The notes beneath the pieces were generated by a model. It made no database searches, was not told the origin of the DNA, and was given only the letters and a program-made list of their open reading frames with translations. Shown here in pieces: positions 39,801-52,760 of a DNA stretch of 64,000 bases (positions within the stretch are counted from its first letter, which is position 1; each line of letters starts with the position of its first letter). The position numbers were made by a program, and so were the translations under genes. The DNA is from Paragordius varius. Its lineage: Eukaryota > Animalia > Nematomorpha. Location of the stretch: assembly GCA_964247055.1 (NCBI GenBank), contig OZ176055.1, positions 5,580,001 to 5,644,000 of the forward strand. The letters run 5' to 3'.

Positions 39801-41000
39801 AAATGAATAATCACCTAAGATTACAAATAAAAAAAGATTTATTATTTTAACAATTGATATATTTTATAAACAATTTTGATTTAAGTAAAGAGAACTGGTA
39901 TATTTTATTTGTATGAGTATCTTATTAATACACAAGAATACAAAAAACGAACAAATTTTTTTCAATTTTAATTAATATAATGTGTGACTGGTGTTTATGA
40001 AAAATACTCTTATCATAACAACACCCTAATTTTGACAAGCAGCTCTAAAACTAAAAAACCTGATCTATCCTACTTGTTTAATAAACCTAAGGTTTTTGAT
40101 TTAGTACTTGATTGACTATTAAGGTTTTGAAAAATTGTATTTATAGCTCAAATTAAATAAAATCCGTGCTATCAAGCAATAATGATCAGGAATTTAAAAC
40201 GTTTTTTATTTGTGAATTGACCGATTTAAGAATATATTATACTGGTAAATAGTATTTATTACATTAAAAGTGTGGAATCCTAAAATTCATAAAAAATAAA
40301 TTTAAAAATGACAAGATTCGTTTTGAATCAGCATATAAATAAAATTGTAATACTTATATTTAAATTATTTCATCCACAACATATCAGTATTGTTTTGTTC
40401 AAAATTACCATAGTGAACTAATATTTAAGGAATAATGTAAAGCAGAGTATAGCTTAGTTACTTTTATTTTTGAAATTAAAATAGTGATGACCAAAATATG
40501 TCCACAGGCTCAAAATTAAAATCGTTCATTGATATGAATTTTTAAAAATTTACACTAAAAAATGAAATTATACAGAAAAAATGCATTATAAAGGCAAATA
40601 TTTTTTCCACAAAACCGCTATTTTTTTTCTCATTGTCTTAAACAATAAAATATGAAATAATTTGTAAATTGGTAACATAATAATCATTTACATATTTTAC
40701 AATTGTAAATATTTTATATAGGTAAAATTAAGATTTAAACAGTATGTATGAAAAAAAATTTGTCTTTCAAATTTTACATTCAATTTCAATTTTTATTGTG
40801 TGTCATCCCAAATGAAATATTTAAAAAGGAAAAAAAGTTTACCCAACTTTCCATTCATCAAATTGTTTGACAATTTCATCCGATTGAAACGGGAATATAT
40901 TTTGGATGTCTTGAGTAGAAGGCGGTGGTGTTTGACTCCAAATACATGGAACAATTAACAATAAAATGTTAATTAAAAAATATTTCACATTAAAAGCCAT
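33867..41000 (-). CDS. Periostin/TGFBI/midline-fasciclin-like secreted protein: EMI-like Cys domain, four FAS1 domains and two K/D/E-rich insertions
   Basis: Supported exons: 38894-~39170, 38708-38805 (YECCYG..GC), 38116-38246 (LTFFVP), 37421-37870, 37153-37324, 36907-37047 (TFLIPPNEAF), 36622-36816 (KNGVLIFIKDVI), 36073-36209 (VLIPNSEAF), 35617-35769, 35468-35560, 34365-35385 (TVYAPLNKAF), 33867-34168 (DVIAKNFLIHFVEG). Probable signal-peptide exon 40843-41000 (MAFNVKYFLINILLLIVPCIWSQ). The link between 40843 and ~39170 is unresolved. Confidence 0.8.
34678..35240 (-). repeat. Coding low-complexity K/D/E repeat (KKDDK/KKDEK units, ~190 aa) inside FAS1 domain 4
   Basis: Direct translation. Contains a near-exact internal duplication KKKADDKNKK.E.KKDAEKKDK. 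Confidence 0.9.
37550..37870 (-). repeat. Coding low-complexity K/D/E repeat (~105 aa) inside FAS1 domain 1
   Basis: Direct translation KEDMKKADKEDKK...DKKTKKEKR. Confidence 0.9.
37907..38017. mobile_element. Tc1/mariner-like MITE (CAGTAGCG family) in a fasciclin intron
   Basis: TA|CAGTAGCGTAGGCATAAAA ... TTTTTACCATACACTACTG|TA. Confidence 0.7.
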
Positions 41001-42099
41001 TTTTAAAAAGGGGGTTGTTGTGGTAAAATTTTAAAATCTATCGACGAAATATTGTACTTATATCGTATGTATGTTAATATATTAGTTTGATAATGAACAG
41101 AGACAATGTTTCTATTTCAACTTTAAACCATATAAATTTTATGTATTCAATAATGGAAAAATTGAATCAAATCAAATATTGTTTATGTGTTATGAAATGC
41201 AAAAATATGAAGAGCAGAACAGAGATTATATGAGATAGGAATGAATATAATGACTATTGGGAAAAAGGGGTTATTTGTTGGAGAATGTAACAAGAATTGG
41301 AGCTAATATATGTTTTAAAACCGTTAATGTTAAAATAAACAAGTGTACTACTACATACTATAATATTTATACAATTAGATTTTACTATGTTTTTTAAATA
41401 TAATTTAGCGTTGTATAGGGTATTCATTACTAACAATAGCTTTCTTAATTGCATAAACTATGTTAGCCATACTATTTTATGTTAACCGTAATATATGTAT
41501 ATATATTAAACCAATGTGAATTTTTGACAGTTTTTCACATAAAAATTTTGTTGGAGATAACTAACTATATTTCATTTTCATTACTACAATATGAATACGC
41601 TAAAAAATCGATAAAAAATAGATTAATTTTATCATACTTTTAACTATTATCAGTAAAAGATTAAATAATTATATTTCCATTTTTATATTGAGAATGTATG
41701 AGAAAATGTCCTTTTAAATGTATTATTTGGAACACAAAAAAAGATATTTAGGGGATTTTTTGGGTCTAAGCCTATATTATCGGATTTATAAAATTTCCCT
41801 GAAGAATTAAATATGGGTTTAAGAGATGGATTGATTTATGTCAAAGAATCGATATTTCGGGATATAAAAATAAAGCCAGTAAAACTTAGTTTGACATGAA
41901 CCGTTTCATAAGCTAATAAAAAGGATATTTAAATGGGAATAAAAGACCTTATCTATGAATCATGGATTATGATTGTTATTATCTTATCAGTCATGATTTT
42001 AATGCCCTTATAATTGATACAATTTAGCCACTCTGTTTAATTATTTCTGTCCTTATTTTGTTAACATTATATAAATATATATATATATATATATTAGAC

Positions 42100-44921
42100 C
42101 AGGGGTGGTCAACACGCGGCCCTCCAAGATTTTATGTGCGGCCGCAACTGGATATCCATAATTTGTAAAAATATGCTCATATTAGTAAAATCAACATTTA
42201 ACAATTTTTCTGTATGTGTGTGTGTTGCTACAGTCGAGGTCGACTTTTTCCAATATTGTAAATAAAACTTCTCCATAAATTGCGGTTTTTAGTTTTAATG
42301 TTGAGTTCAGTCAAGGTTGCGTGGGTTTCTTATTGAATATTGTCCATCTACCTTATTCTTCTTCGGCCCTTTTTACGTGTACCACTAACTTAAATAACAA
42401 CAAGGATTTTTCCAGTGATTTAGACCTCATAATGTGGCCAAAGTAGGATAGTTTGGTGCGGATGGACATTCCAAGCAATGACATGTCGGGATTGATTTCA
42501 TTCAAAATTGCATCTTTAATTATTTTATCCGTCCATTTTATTTGTAAAAGTTTCCACATTCACATTTCAAAGGAGTTAATTATTCGTGTGTCGGATTTTT
42601 TAAAGTCCAACCTTCACACCCGTTGAGGAAAGTTGGAAAAACGATTGCATTTGCAAGTCGAACTATCATTTTTAAGGCTGACATCATTGGATGCCCAGAT
42701 TTTGTTATAATTATTTGCGGCCGTTTTAACCATGGCTATCCTTCGTTTTATCTCGGAAGTACAACTATTATCATCACGTATTAAGCTCCCAAGATATGTG
42801 TAACTTTTGACTGTTTCAATAGAGTTCCCGTTGACGATTATTGTAGTGTTTGCAACTTTTGGGTTAATTTGTATGATCTATGTTCTTGAAAAATTGATCT
42901 GTAGTCCATACTTTTGACACTCATCTACAAAATGTTTATGAGTGTCAATGATTTTGGGTTGTCTGCGAAGATAACCGTATCGTCTGCATAGTGAATAGAA
43001 GTTAGATTAGAGCCTCCAGTCTGAACGCCGAAGGAATCGGGTCTGTTTCTCATTTGCATTCGAGATATGCGTTGAACAGAATAGGTGATAAGACGCAGCC
43101 CTGACATAACCCCACATTCACCGTGCAGGGATCAGTTACCCCATGATTTGTGGAAACCATAGCAGACGAATTTGAGTAAATTGAGAATATTATGTTAATT
43201 AAATGAGTTGAAACCCCTAGCTGTTTTAAGAATGTAAGTAAATGATTATATTGGATGGAATCAAAAGCCTTGGAAAAATCCACAAAGCACACATGGATTT
43301 CCTAATTAAATTCTATGTGTTTCTCCATTATCCATCTCATATTCGCTATCATATCTCTACATCCTCGTTTTCGAAAACCATCCAGAGTAGTTGATATTTC
43401 TGGTTCTAAATAGATTGAGGTCGTTTTTGGATGTTTTCAAGAAAATTTTAGACATTTGATTTGTTAGAGAAATTGTTCTATAATTGTTACATATTTCGGG
43501 GATTTCCTTTTTTAGAATAGGTAACAGAATAAATTTACCCCAATCTTCAGGAATTTTTTCCGAATAAAAGATTTTTTGAAAAATAATCATAGATATCCAG
43601 CGGGATATGTTTTATAATTTCAGTTGGCACATCATTGTGAGCCTCTGCCTTACAGCCCATTCCACTTCTTCTTTTGGCAAATGAGGATCTTTTTCTTGGG
43701 TGCTTTCATTAAAAATTTTGGTGGTTTTTGTTTCATAGAGGTTGGATATGTAATCATGCCAAATTTTAAAATTTCGGCTTTATCCGTAACAAGATAATTA
43801 TCAGCGCTTCTCATGAGACCGCGGTAATTATAATTTTTGTTTTGTTTAATCTGTTTTGTTTGGGCAAAAAAGTTTTGATTGTTTTTGGCTTCGGTTTCTA
43901 CCTTTTCACACAATGTATTATAGTGATTGTTTTATCCCTCCTCATGCTATTTTGAAATTTCTGTTTAAAATTTTATATTCACACCAATTCCCTTTGAGTT
44001 TTGCTAATCTGCGTTCTTCAGCTATGGCAAGACTATTTGATGATAGTTTAATATGTTTGGGTGGTTTGTAAGGCGATATAAATTCATCTGTATTTTTGCA
44101 ATTGTGTGTATAGAATTCCATATTTTAATGTTTGGACAATTTTTTGGGTGGTCAAGACTATAAAGCGATTATGTAATGTAACGCTAAAATTATTATCGAT
44201 AGTATTATAATCAAGCTTTTTACGAAATGTTTAAGGCTTCTTGGGTAGTCGGAGTTTGATGCACAGCTTAGCAACCAAAAGGTTGTGATCACTGTAGCAG
44301 TCAGAGCCAGGATAACATTTAACGTTTTGGAATGAACTTTTATATTTATTCATACCAATTATAAAATCAATTTGACTACGGTATTTTTGGCACGGGGAAC
44401 GCCATGTGTAAAGGCGTCTTTTGGGTTAATTTTAGAAGGTGTTTGCTATAAAAAATTTATGACTTTGACAAAATTCGATTTGTCGATCGCCTCTGTCGTT
44501 TTTTGTTACTAGTCCTTTGCCCCCTGTAACAGGGTAAGTGTTATCCTCACCAATAATGCTGTTAAAATCACCAAGGAGAAATAGAATTTTTTTGGTCCTC
44601 GCTTTATTGCTGTTTCTAGCTCAATGTAAAACATTTCGCATTTGTCGTCGCTGTATGAACTGGTTGGAGCGTAGATTTGGAAGATTGTTATGGGCTGAGG
44701 TGTAGTTTGGATCTGTATTAATATCATACGTTCGTTAATATTATTGTATTCTTAGTAAAATCAACATTTCTTAAACAATTTTAGTTTTACTTTTTCAATT
44801 GGCAAGAACTAGAAAAAAATGTTTTATTTGTTTGCATTTTACAGTCTAATAAATTATATATGAATGTCATTATAGGTATTACAAATGCGGCCCGCGAAGC
44901 CATTTGCGTTGGGCACTCTTA
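42100..44921. mobile_element. hAT/Charlie-like non-autonomous shell split by a LINE insertion
   Basis: Left end CAGGGGTGGTCAACACGCGGCCC; right end TGCGGCCCGCGAAGCC..GTTGGGCACTCTTA. The 8-nt flanks TATTAGAC and ATTTAGAC resemble a degenerate TSD. Confidence 0.6.
42211..44751 (-). pseudogene. 5'-truncated, decayed RTE-clade (BovB-like) LINE: APE endonuclease and reverse transcriptase
   Basis: Fragmented ORFs with IFQIYAPTS (APE), FVDFSKAFDS, QGCVLSPILFN, YADD (RT) and KLSYFGHIMR..LEKSLL (RTE/BovB-like C-terminus). Many stops and frameshifts; (CA)n-like 3' tail near 42211-42225; 18-bp duplication TTAGTAAAATCAACATTT at 42182 and 44752. Confidence 0.9.
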
Positions 44922-46214
44922 ATTTAGACACTATCATATATTACACTTCATTACCTTATTGGCAGTTTACCACCCGATTGCGGTATTAAATAAGCTTCCC
45001 AAAAAATATTTGGGCAAAATTTAAATATATCGCTTTAATTTGTAAACAATGAGTTTTCAGTGATTTTACGGTATATATAAAACACTATTTTAATATATTA
45101 TAGCACTCTCTCGTCAAAATACACCATCAAAAAATCCTGTGTATGGCTAATTAAACATCGCAGAAAAATTTATGAATTCAGTATTGATGGTTTCGACTGA
45201 GACACTTGGACAGAGCAAGTATTGATTAAATAGGTAATTGACGGTTTTTATATGTTTGTTTTCAAGATATCTTTGATCTCTTAGCTTAGATGTTAAATTT
45301 TGATAATACTGTTTAAAGAGATAAATTAGCTTATATGAAATTTTAATTAAGAAAAAAGCATGTTTAGCTACAAAATTTATACATTTTTTTTTAGATTAAT
45401 ATTAAAAAACGTCAATATTGATAAAAATAATAACTTTCTTAAATGACACGCAAGCACCTAAAATACAAGTTTGACTTCTAATTTTTATGGTAATGTTTTA
45501 GTAAATATTCTGTATTTCTGCATAGCATTTATTTAATTAAAAAATACCAATTTATATAAGGGATCTCTTATATAGTATTGTAAAAATATATTCTATTCAC
45601 GTCCAATTTCATCATCACATATATTAATTAATTTTATTCTAGATGCAAAATTATATTTATATTCAGCATGATGTTTGCGTTACGGTTATTTTACGTTTAA
45701 TTAAAACTATGCCTAAATTACCCGGATTTTAAGTCACCTTGTAGGCATTCTCTTTATTATTGTTCTTTGAAAATCAAAGTATTGGCTAACTAATTTTAAA
45801 AGCTTGCCAAACATATTAAATTTGTTATAACGAAATAAGGTAATATTTATTGAATAAAACTATAGGTGTTTAAAATGGCAATCAAATTCATGTATTGTAT
45901 TCAAACTAAGCATATAAAAAGGGTAAAATATATTTACATCCATAAGGATAATGCGTTTGCAGAGTCAAATTACTATTTTTTACACAAAAAATGGTTTAAT
46001 TTACAATGACAATTTAAATATGAACCCATTGGCATAATAAATACTGTGGAAACAAACGAACAAAATACATTGTAAAATTCCCTGTTATACATATTATATG
46101 GTTTCAAACGCTCTAAATTATATAAAATGCCATACAATATAACTTTATATATCCAGAAAAATAAATTTTGCTAACAATTTTATGCAGTATAAACTTAACC
46201 ACAAATTCATATTA

Positions 46215-49101
46215 TCAAATTTTTGTCATGAGCGTTGAATTGGTTTTATTAGCAACAAGGTGGCTATTGTTTAAAGTTTGCGCATTGCATAGCAAAGGAT
46301 TAGGGATGGTAGAGGAGTGTTTAGCGAGAATAGGTGTAGGCATTGTAGTTTGATTGAATAAATCACTTATATCTTCGTTCTCCAACAAAAATGTGTAATC
46401 GTCATCGAGTAATGCGGTATCCAGCACAAGCGGTGAATAGCAATTCGTAAATTTTGAGGAGAGTGGGCTAATTTTTGTGTCTAGTATGCTGGAGAATGCT
46501 ATAAGAATAATAAAAAGGTTACAAATATAGTGATATACAAAAGAAAACTTGTTATAATCATGTTTATAAATGAAAAAAATGGTGCTATTATAATTTGCGT
46601 CTTTGTTTTTACTGGATGAATGTGTCTTAACAAATACTCAAGATATATTTAAATTAAATTAATAAAATATATATTTTTATCAAAAAACATATATATAAAC
46701 ACTTCAAGATAAATAAACTATGGAGTATTACAAATGGAGAACTTTAATATGGATTATGACATATAAACTACAAACATCAAATTTTTTTAATTAAGCGTAA
46801 ACCTTTAAAATTTCTAAATAAATTTATTGAAACAATGCTAAAAAATGCAATAAAATGAAAAATATCAAACTATAAATATACCATCTTCAAAAAGGCTTGT
46901 AAAGGGATTGTTTGCATTAAAGTTATTGCCAAAAGATGAAGTACTATGAGATTTAACAAGCACTGTTTCTTCGATTGGGGATAAATAAACGGAAGCTGAT
47001 ATATTAGTATTACTTTCTGTGGAAGTTTTAAATGCATCGCAGTGCTTTTTGATTGGTAACTGCATATTTTTTGCATCAGTCCGTAAAATGTTAGATTGGG
47101 TGTTATGTATGTTTGCATTATTTGTTAATACACAATTGTTTGTGGTATTAGATAATTTTGAGTTCGTTCTATTTGTAAAGGAATCTGAAAATTCTTCGTT
47201 TGTGCAAAGGTATACTTCAATTTCACCGGCTGGACTTTTGAGCCAAGCTTGATGATTGCTCTAAAAAACAATCAACATAATTGGCAACTTTTTTCAGCAG
47301 TTAATTTAAACTTTATATCTTTAAAAAATGTTTGGTGAATTTTTGTTGCTTTTAAAAATATTGGGGTTTAAATAAAGGACAAAATAATCAAAAAGTTTGG
47401 AATTAAGGACAATGGAAATCGGAACCCCCATCATATACGTTAAATTAAATAAAAAATTAAATCCTTAAAAATAGGACAATTAGCGACAAAGACATAGATT
47501 TAAAATAAAAAAATTAATTTCGCAAGAACAAAATTGGATTATGGCCTATTATGTAAAGTTCAATTTGAATAACTAATTAGTGCAAACGCGTGGCAACAAC
47601 ATATGAATATGTCACATGTCAATTTATATTTAAACTGGAGTTAGTAATCACAAAAGAACAATATTTAGTTTCCATCTAGTCCATGAATAGATAAAAATAC
47701 GTTAATCATGATAAATTTTTATTGAAATCTTTTGCAAAGACTTTTTAAAATTAATATATATACAGTAGTAGGATCAGAGGTGACCATGAGATCAGTGTTG
47801 GATGGGGCTTTGATTGCAAGGATTGTTTTATTATGGAAATATTCAAGTTCACGAATCGACTGGTATGGTATATATAGTTGATTTACATTTTTAACATTTT
47901 CATTCAGAGCTTTTAGTTGGGCAGTAGCTTCCGCAATTTGGGCATCCAGAGTATTTTCAATTGTTTGAAGTTCAGATAGTTCTAAAGTGTAATAATATTG
48001 TAGGATCATAATTTAAAGCAAATATTTTGCAAAATAATATGTCAAGTATAGAAATATTATTTAAAATCACTCTTAAATATTAATGATATATTTTGTCTTT
48101 TAATAAAGCTTTTGGTTTTTTAAAAATTGTGATTGTAAAAACAAAATTTTACATTTCTTATATAAGGTTATTACTGTAACAGTAATATAAAATTTAATCT
48201 AAAATATAAAATTAAAAAATATACCTTGTTGTTGATAAGACCCCGCACAATTGTTTTCTAAAATAGGATTACCACTTTCTGTTAAAGGAGCTCCACTAAA
48301 CATAAAAAAGCGTTTTAAATTACAATCATTTTTTAATATTCCAATTTTATACTAGGTATTTCATAAAAATTATTATAAAGATACTACCGACATTAAATAT
48401 AAAAAAGCAATGCCTTTTTGTATCATAAACAATTTTTAACTATTAATGTGTCGAATCTTTTTATGCAAATACACCATTAAAAATATGCCATAAGTAGTAA
48501 TATTACATCCATTTAACATTGTTTTTCGAATTCTTTTCGACCAATTTAATCCCTTCTAGGACGTTCGTGATATCATAAATTCTCCGTTTTTGCACTTCCA
48601 AAACTTCCGCAGCTTTGTTTAAATCAACAACCTAAAAACAGAACATGTTGTATAAAATGTCAAATAATATTATATATTAAGTATTTACCCCATCTTCCGA
48701 TTTACCAAAAAGAGCCACAAACTTTTTTGTAAGCATACCCAATGAAGTAAAATACCTAACCTTATCAGGAGTACCTTTTAATTTATAAAAATTAACAAAC
48801 TTTGATCCGGGCTATAAAAGGAAGTTTTGCCACGCTTAGATGGTGTGCAATTAGTTTGCTCATTTTGTTCCAGTATCAAACGCCGTTTAGCCTGAGAATA
48901 TATTAGATGAATTACTTGGAAACTTTTGAAAGCACTGTCTGGAGTAATTGCGTCATTCGTTCCATAATTATGAAAATATGAAATATTGGACTCTGGAGTT
49001 AAATGCGTTGATTTCAAATATTTCAATCCATTTTGATACAACTCAAAATTTTGATTTAGAGCATCATGTATGGTTGGATTAGAATAATTAAGTACGCTCA
49101 T
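46215..49101 (-). CDS. E2F: E2F transcription factor, activator type (E2F1/2/3-like)
   Basis: Exons 48801-49101, 48689-48774, 48507-48631, 48225-48295, 47764-47981, 46882-47260, 46215-46498. Motifs [66 protein letters not shown] and a pocket-protein-binding-like [16 protein letters not shown]. Confidence 0.93.
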
Positions 49102-49131
49102 ATTTAACAAAATGTGTAAAAGTAATAAACA

Positions 49132-49153
49132 GCGGGAAATTAAAAGTTCCCGC
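49132..49153. promoter_or_regulatory. Inverted pair of E2F-type binding sites upstream of the E2F start codon
   Basis: GCGGGAAA (TTTCCCGC on the minus strand) at 49132-49139 and TTCCCGC at 49147-49153, 31-52 nt upstream of the ATG. Consensus TTTSSCGC. Confidence 0.55.
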
Positions 49154-49356
49154 AAAATAGAGAAAGGAATTATTTTTATTGGCTTAAAAGGTGTGCCTTA
49201 TGCATGAACGACTTTGCGGTTTGTTTATTTTTTTATAAATAATAAAGTAATATTTTCAATAATTCTGGACTTTTTCGCGTATAGAAATATTTTTTACAAT
49301 TTCAGATTTTTAAATTTTTATATTGCTTTCATATAATATCGAATGATTATTTGTTT

Positions 49357-49827
49357 TTAACACTTGGATACAACACATTTATCTCAGTTCATCCTTCGAT
49401 TCTGGGATAATTGGATAGCCCAGACCTGTCACTTATATAATATCAATAAACTAAAATATGTAATAAACTCAAAAATACTTGATATTACTTATTTTGATGT
49501 GAAACTCAAAGGTAAAAATTTCGTCAACGTAACATGTGTGCATTGGCTAAATTGCAAAATAATACAAAAAAACACTTTTTCTATTATTATCAATGTTGAT
49601 GTAATTTAAATAAAAATTAGCATTTTTACCTTTAAAATTAAATAAAAACGATATTTTGCGAATATTGTGTAAAATAAAAATGGCGTCGAAGTAGTCTGAT
49701 ATGGAACTTTTTTCAAAATTAAATTTTATTAGCTTTTGGTTTATTTATATAATTTTTATCAGAATAAAAGCATAAAATTAAATTGGGGCGTTTTCTTGTA
49801 TTTAGATACCCTAAATCGAAGTGATAA
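49357..49827. mobile_element. Family C piggyBac-like MITE copy
   Basis: Starts TTAACACTTGGATACAAC, is collinear with 19538-20095, and has a degenerate end AATCGAAGTGATAA. Confidence 0.65.
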
Positions 49828-49993
49828 ATTGATATATATATATATATATATTATATATAGAGTTCATTTTTCATTCAAAATGTAATATATGCCCAGTGCA
49901 CGAACGAGGCATATGAAAAAATCCTCAATTAATATATATCTAATTGATATATTAGGATTATGCTATTTTTAGTGTTTGAGCCATATTAGCCAA

Positions 49994-51048
49994 TTAACAC
50001 TGCGTCCAAAATCGGGGGGTATAAAAAACTTTATGATATATATGGATTATTAATTATTATCGTGGTGCTTTTGGTTTAGGTGCCCTGACGAATAATTTAA
50101 GAAAGTTGTTTATGCTTTTGTGGTGAGTGACCCATATCTGTAATTGGCAGCATAATTTTAAATAAAATTTTTCTCGTTAGCCCTAATAAAATAAACGCAA
50201 TGCCGGGATTGCGGGCTAAATATTTAAAATATATGCAATTTTGATAGGTTAAAAATTTTAAAAAATTCATTTTTCCACAAATTTAATTTTTTGAAAAATT
50301 TGTCGAAGCTTTCTTCATACTATTTTGAATGATAAAAACTGGTTAAAAATTTAGTGATTATTTTTTTCTATATGAATCGATAACATTTCTATCGCTTTAG
50401 AGTCTAAATATAAATGTTTGTTCGCATATGTATATTTTTGTAAAAAAACAATATTTATTTAAGATTAATTGAAGACGAAGAAATATTTTAATTAAAATTC
50501 TGAGGTGATAGAAATGTATAACACCATCTAATAATAGAGATAAAGTGTTTTTTTAATGTCTTGCGTTTTTGCACCTCAAAATATTTGGTGGATGTACGCT
50601 TAAAGAAAATTTTGCTAAAAATTCAATTTTTTTATAAGCAGTTTTTAATATATTTTTATATGTTAAAATTTACCATCTATTTAAATAATTTATCGCTCAA
50701 TCTAGGACTTTTCGCGTTTATTTAAAAGATTAGCCCATTTTAGAATAGCAAACAATTTGCTACTTTCGGAGCTCACATCTAAATAATATATTAAAAATAT
50801 TGTTTTGCTTTTTATAGGCAGTTTATTATATATATATTATTGATATATTTTGGAATGAATCTTTTAACTTTCACCTCAACCCAAATTTTGCCATTTACAT
50901 ATATGGAGCTCTTACCACAAAAGTCTAGATAACTTTCTTATGACACTCGTAAGCAAAAGCATCATGATAATCCTGATACATTTTTTTATTCAGAATATAT
51001 ATATTTTAACAGCTTATATTTTATACCCGTCGATTTCGGAAGCAGTGC
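49994..51048. mobile_element. Most complete family B foldback element (~1.05 kb)
   Basis: Left TTAA|CACTGCGTCCAAAATCGGGGGGTATAAAA; right TTTATACCCGTCGATTTCGGAAGCAGTG. Successive internal blocks pair as imperfect inverted repeats around a centre near 50440. Confidence 0.75.
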
Positions 51049-51049
51049 A

Positions 51050-52760
51050 TATAATATACTTAGTGTACAAAATCGGGGGTTATAAAAAAATATCATGATT
51101 AAATAAATATATTCTGATAGAAAAAATATATCATGATTTTTTGGTTTCGGCCCTTACGAGTGTTATAAGAAAGTTAATTACACTTTTGTGCTAAGTGCTC
51201 CATATCATAAAATGGCAAAATTTGACCATCTTTTTTGTAATAATTTTTATAATTATTGCTAAATGATTCATTGCAAATAAAACATATCATAAATTACACA
51301 TAAACAAAACAATATTATTAATTTTTAGATGTCGCTCCTAAAGTCCATAACTTTTTTCACTCTTCTAAAATGGGTAAGCTCTCTTAAAATAAGCGTAAAA
51401 ATGCCGGGATTACGCGTTAAATATCATTAATATTGCTAAATTTCCATTTCAAAAAAAGTCGCACTTGACTTGTAAGCCAAGCGTGGCAATGAGCAAGATT
51501 ACTTAAGCCAGCAAGTGTGCACTTGAAGATCGGTGATAAAAAAACACTTAAGTCAAGTCTTTTGCTTATGAATGTAACAGTTTTTTGCCACCCAATTCGA
51601 ATTTTATGGAAATTTTTTTGATCCTTTTCAGCTAAAATTTATGAAATAACGCACAAAAAGATAAACAATAAATACAATATGCATTTATTAAAGTTTTTCA
51701 AACTCCCTGGCACGTATCTTATATAATATTATAGAGTTTTCTAAATTGAGAGCCTGGTAATAATTTTTAGATTAACCATTCGCCCTTAAAACACTTTTCA
51801 ATATTTTACCACACTATTTATTTTATTTGGAGTCCAGTTGCAAATATAATGGGAAGATGTTGATACAATATAACATAATTATTTTTAATTGATTATAAAC
51901 ATTACATTCGATAAAAATTTATGATGAAATAAATTGTTTACATTGGTTAATGGTGAAGTTTTGCTTATAAACGAAGATTTGAAATTTTACAAGATTAATA
52001 TTTAATTATTAATTTTAAGAAATTTTCGAGAATCCAATTTTTTTGCGGTCACGGAATTGATATAAGCATATTTTTTTGTGCCATGTTATTTAATATTAGC
52101 AGAGTTATTCTATAAATTTATCCTCTTTTGTATCCACCCTATGAATAGATTAATTAGCCAAAATTTATCATATTAACAATTTATAATATTAATAAAGGTT
52201 TGAATACATATAAAACCTAAATTTTGTATATAAATAGTTTCCAAAATAATTTTATCCATATTTTTAAATCTGTCAAGTGTGCCCTACACCACACTTGCAA
52301 AATCTTTAAGTTTTACTTGAACATATGATTTTTTATCACCTCCTTATCAAGTTTTCTTGCTTGATTGTCGTGTAATGTTAAATTTTTTTTATCACACGAA
52401 AGCAAGCCATGACTTGAAAAACTTGCAAGTCAAGTCAAAAAAAATTTTTTATCACCCGACCCAAAGTCTGTAATTAAAAAAAGGCATACATTTGAAAATT
52501 TAACTTTAATTTGGTAGAAGCGAACTTCATAATATTTGAGGCTTCGTGAAAACAGTTTAACGCTTTAATATATTATAAAAACACTTTTCCTATATAATTT
52601 GATAATGCTGAACATTTCTATCGCTTCAGAACTTAAGGTTGGTTTTCTTTAAAATTTCCGTGATTTTTGTAAAAAACAAAATTTATATTTAACACCAAAA
52701 TTCTGAGGTAATAATGTTGAACATCATCAAATTATGTAGTAAAAGTGATTTATATATAAA
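51050..52760. mobile_element. Family B fragments interrupted by an element with GGTGATAAAAAA / TTTTTTATCACC termini and CAAGT/ACTTG subrepeats (~51532-52458)
   Basis: CGGTGATAAAAAAACACTTAAGTCAAGTC near 51532 and CAAGTCAAGTC..TTTTTTATCACCCG near 52458. Family B sequence lies before 51450 and resumes after 52470. Superfamily not assignable. Confidence 0.4.

Noticed and set aside
48199-48224. Apparent 26-nt intron after E2F exon 4
   Set aside because: The downstream frame reads GAT TAA. The acceptor at 47982 gives the conserved dimerisation region, so it is not counted among the tiny introns.
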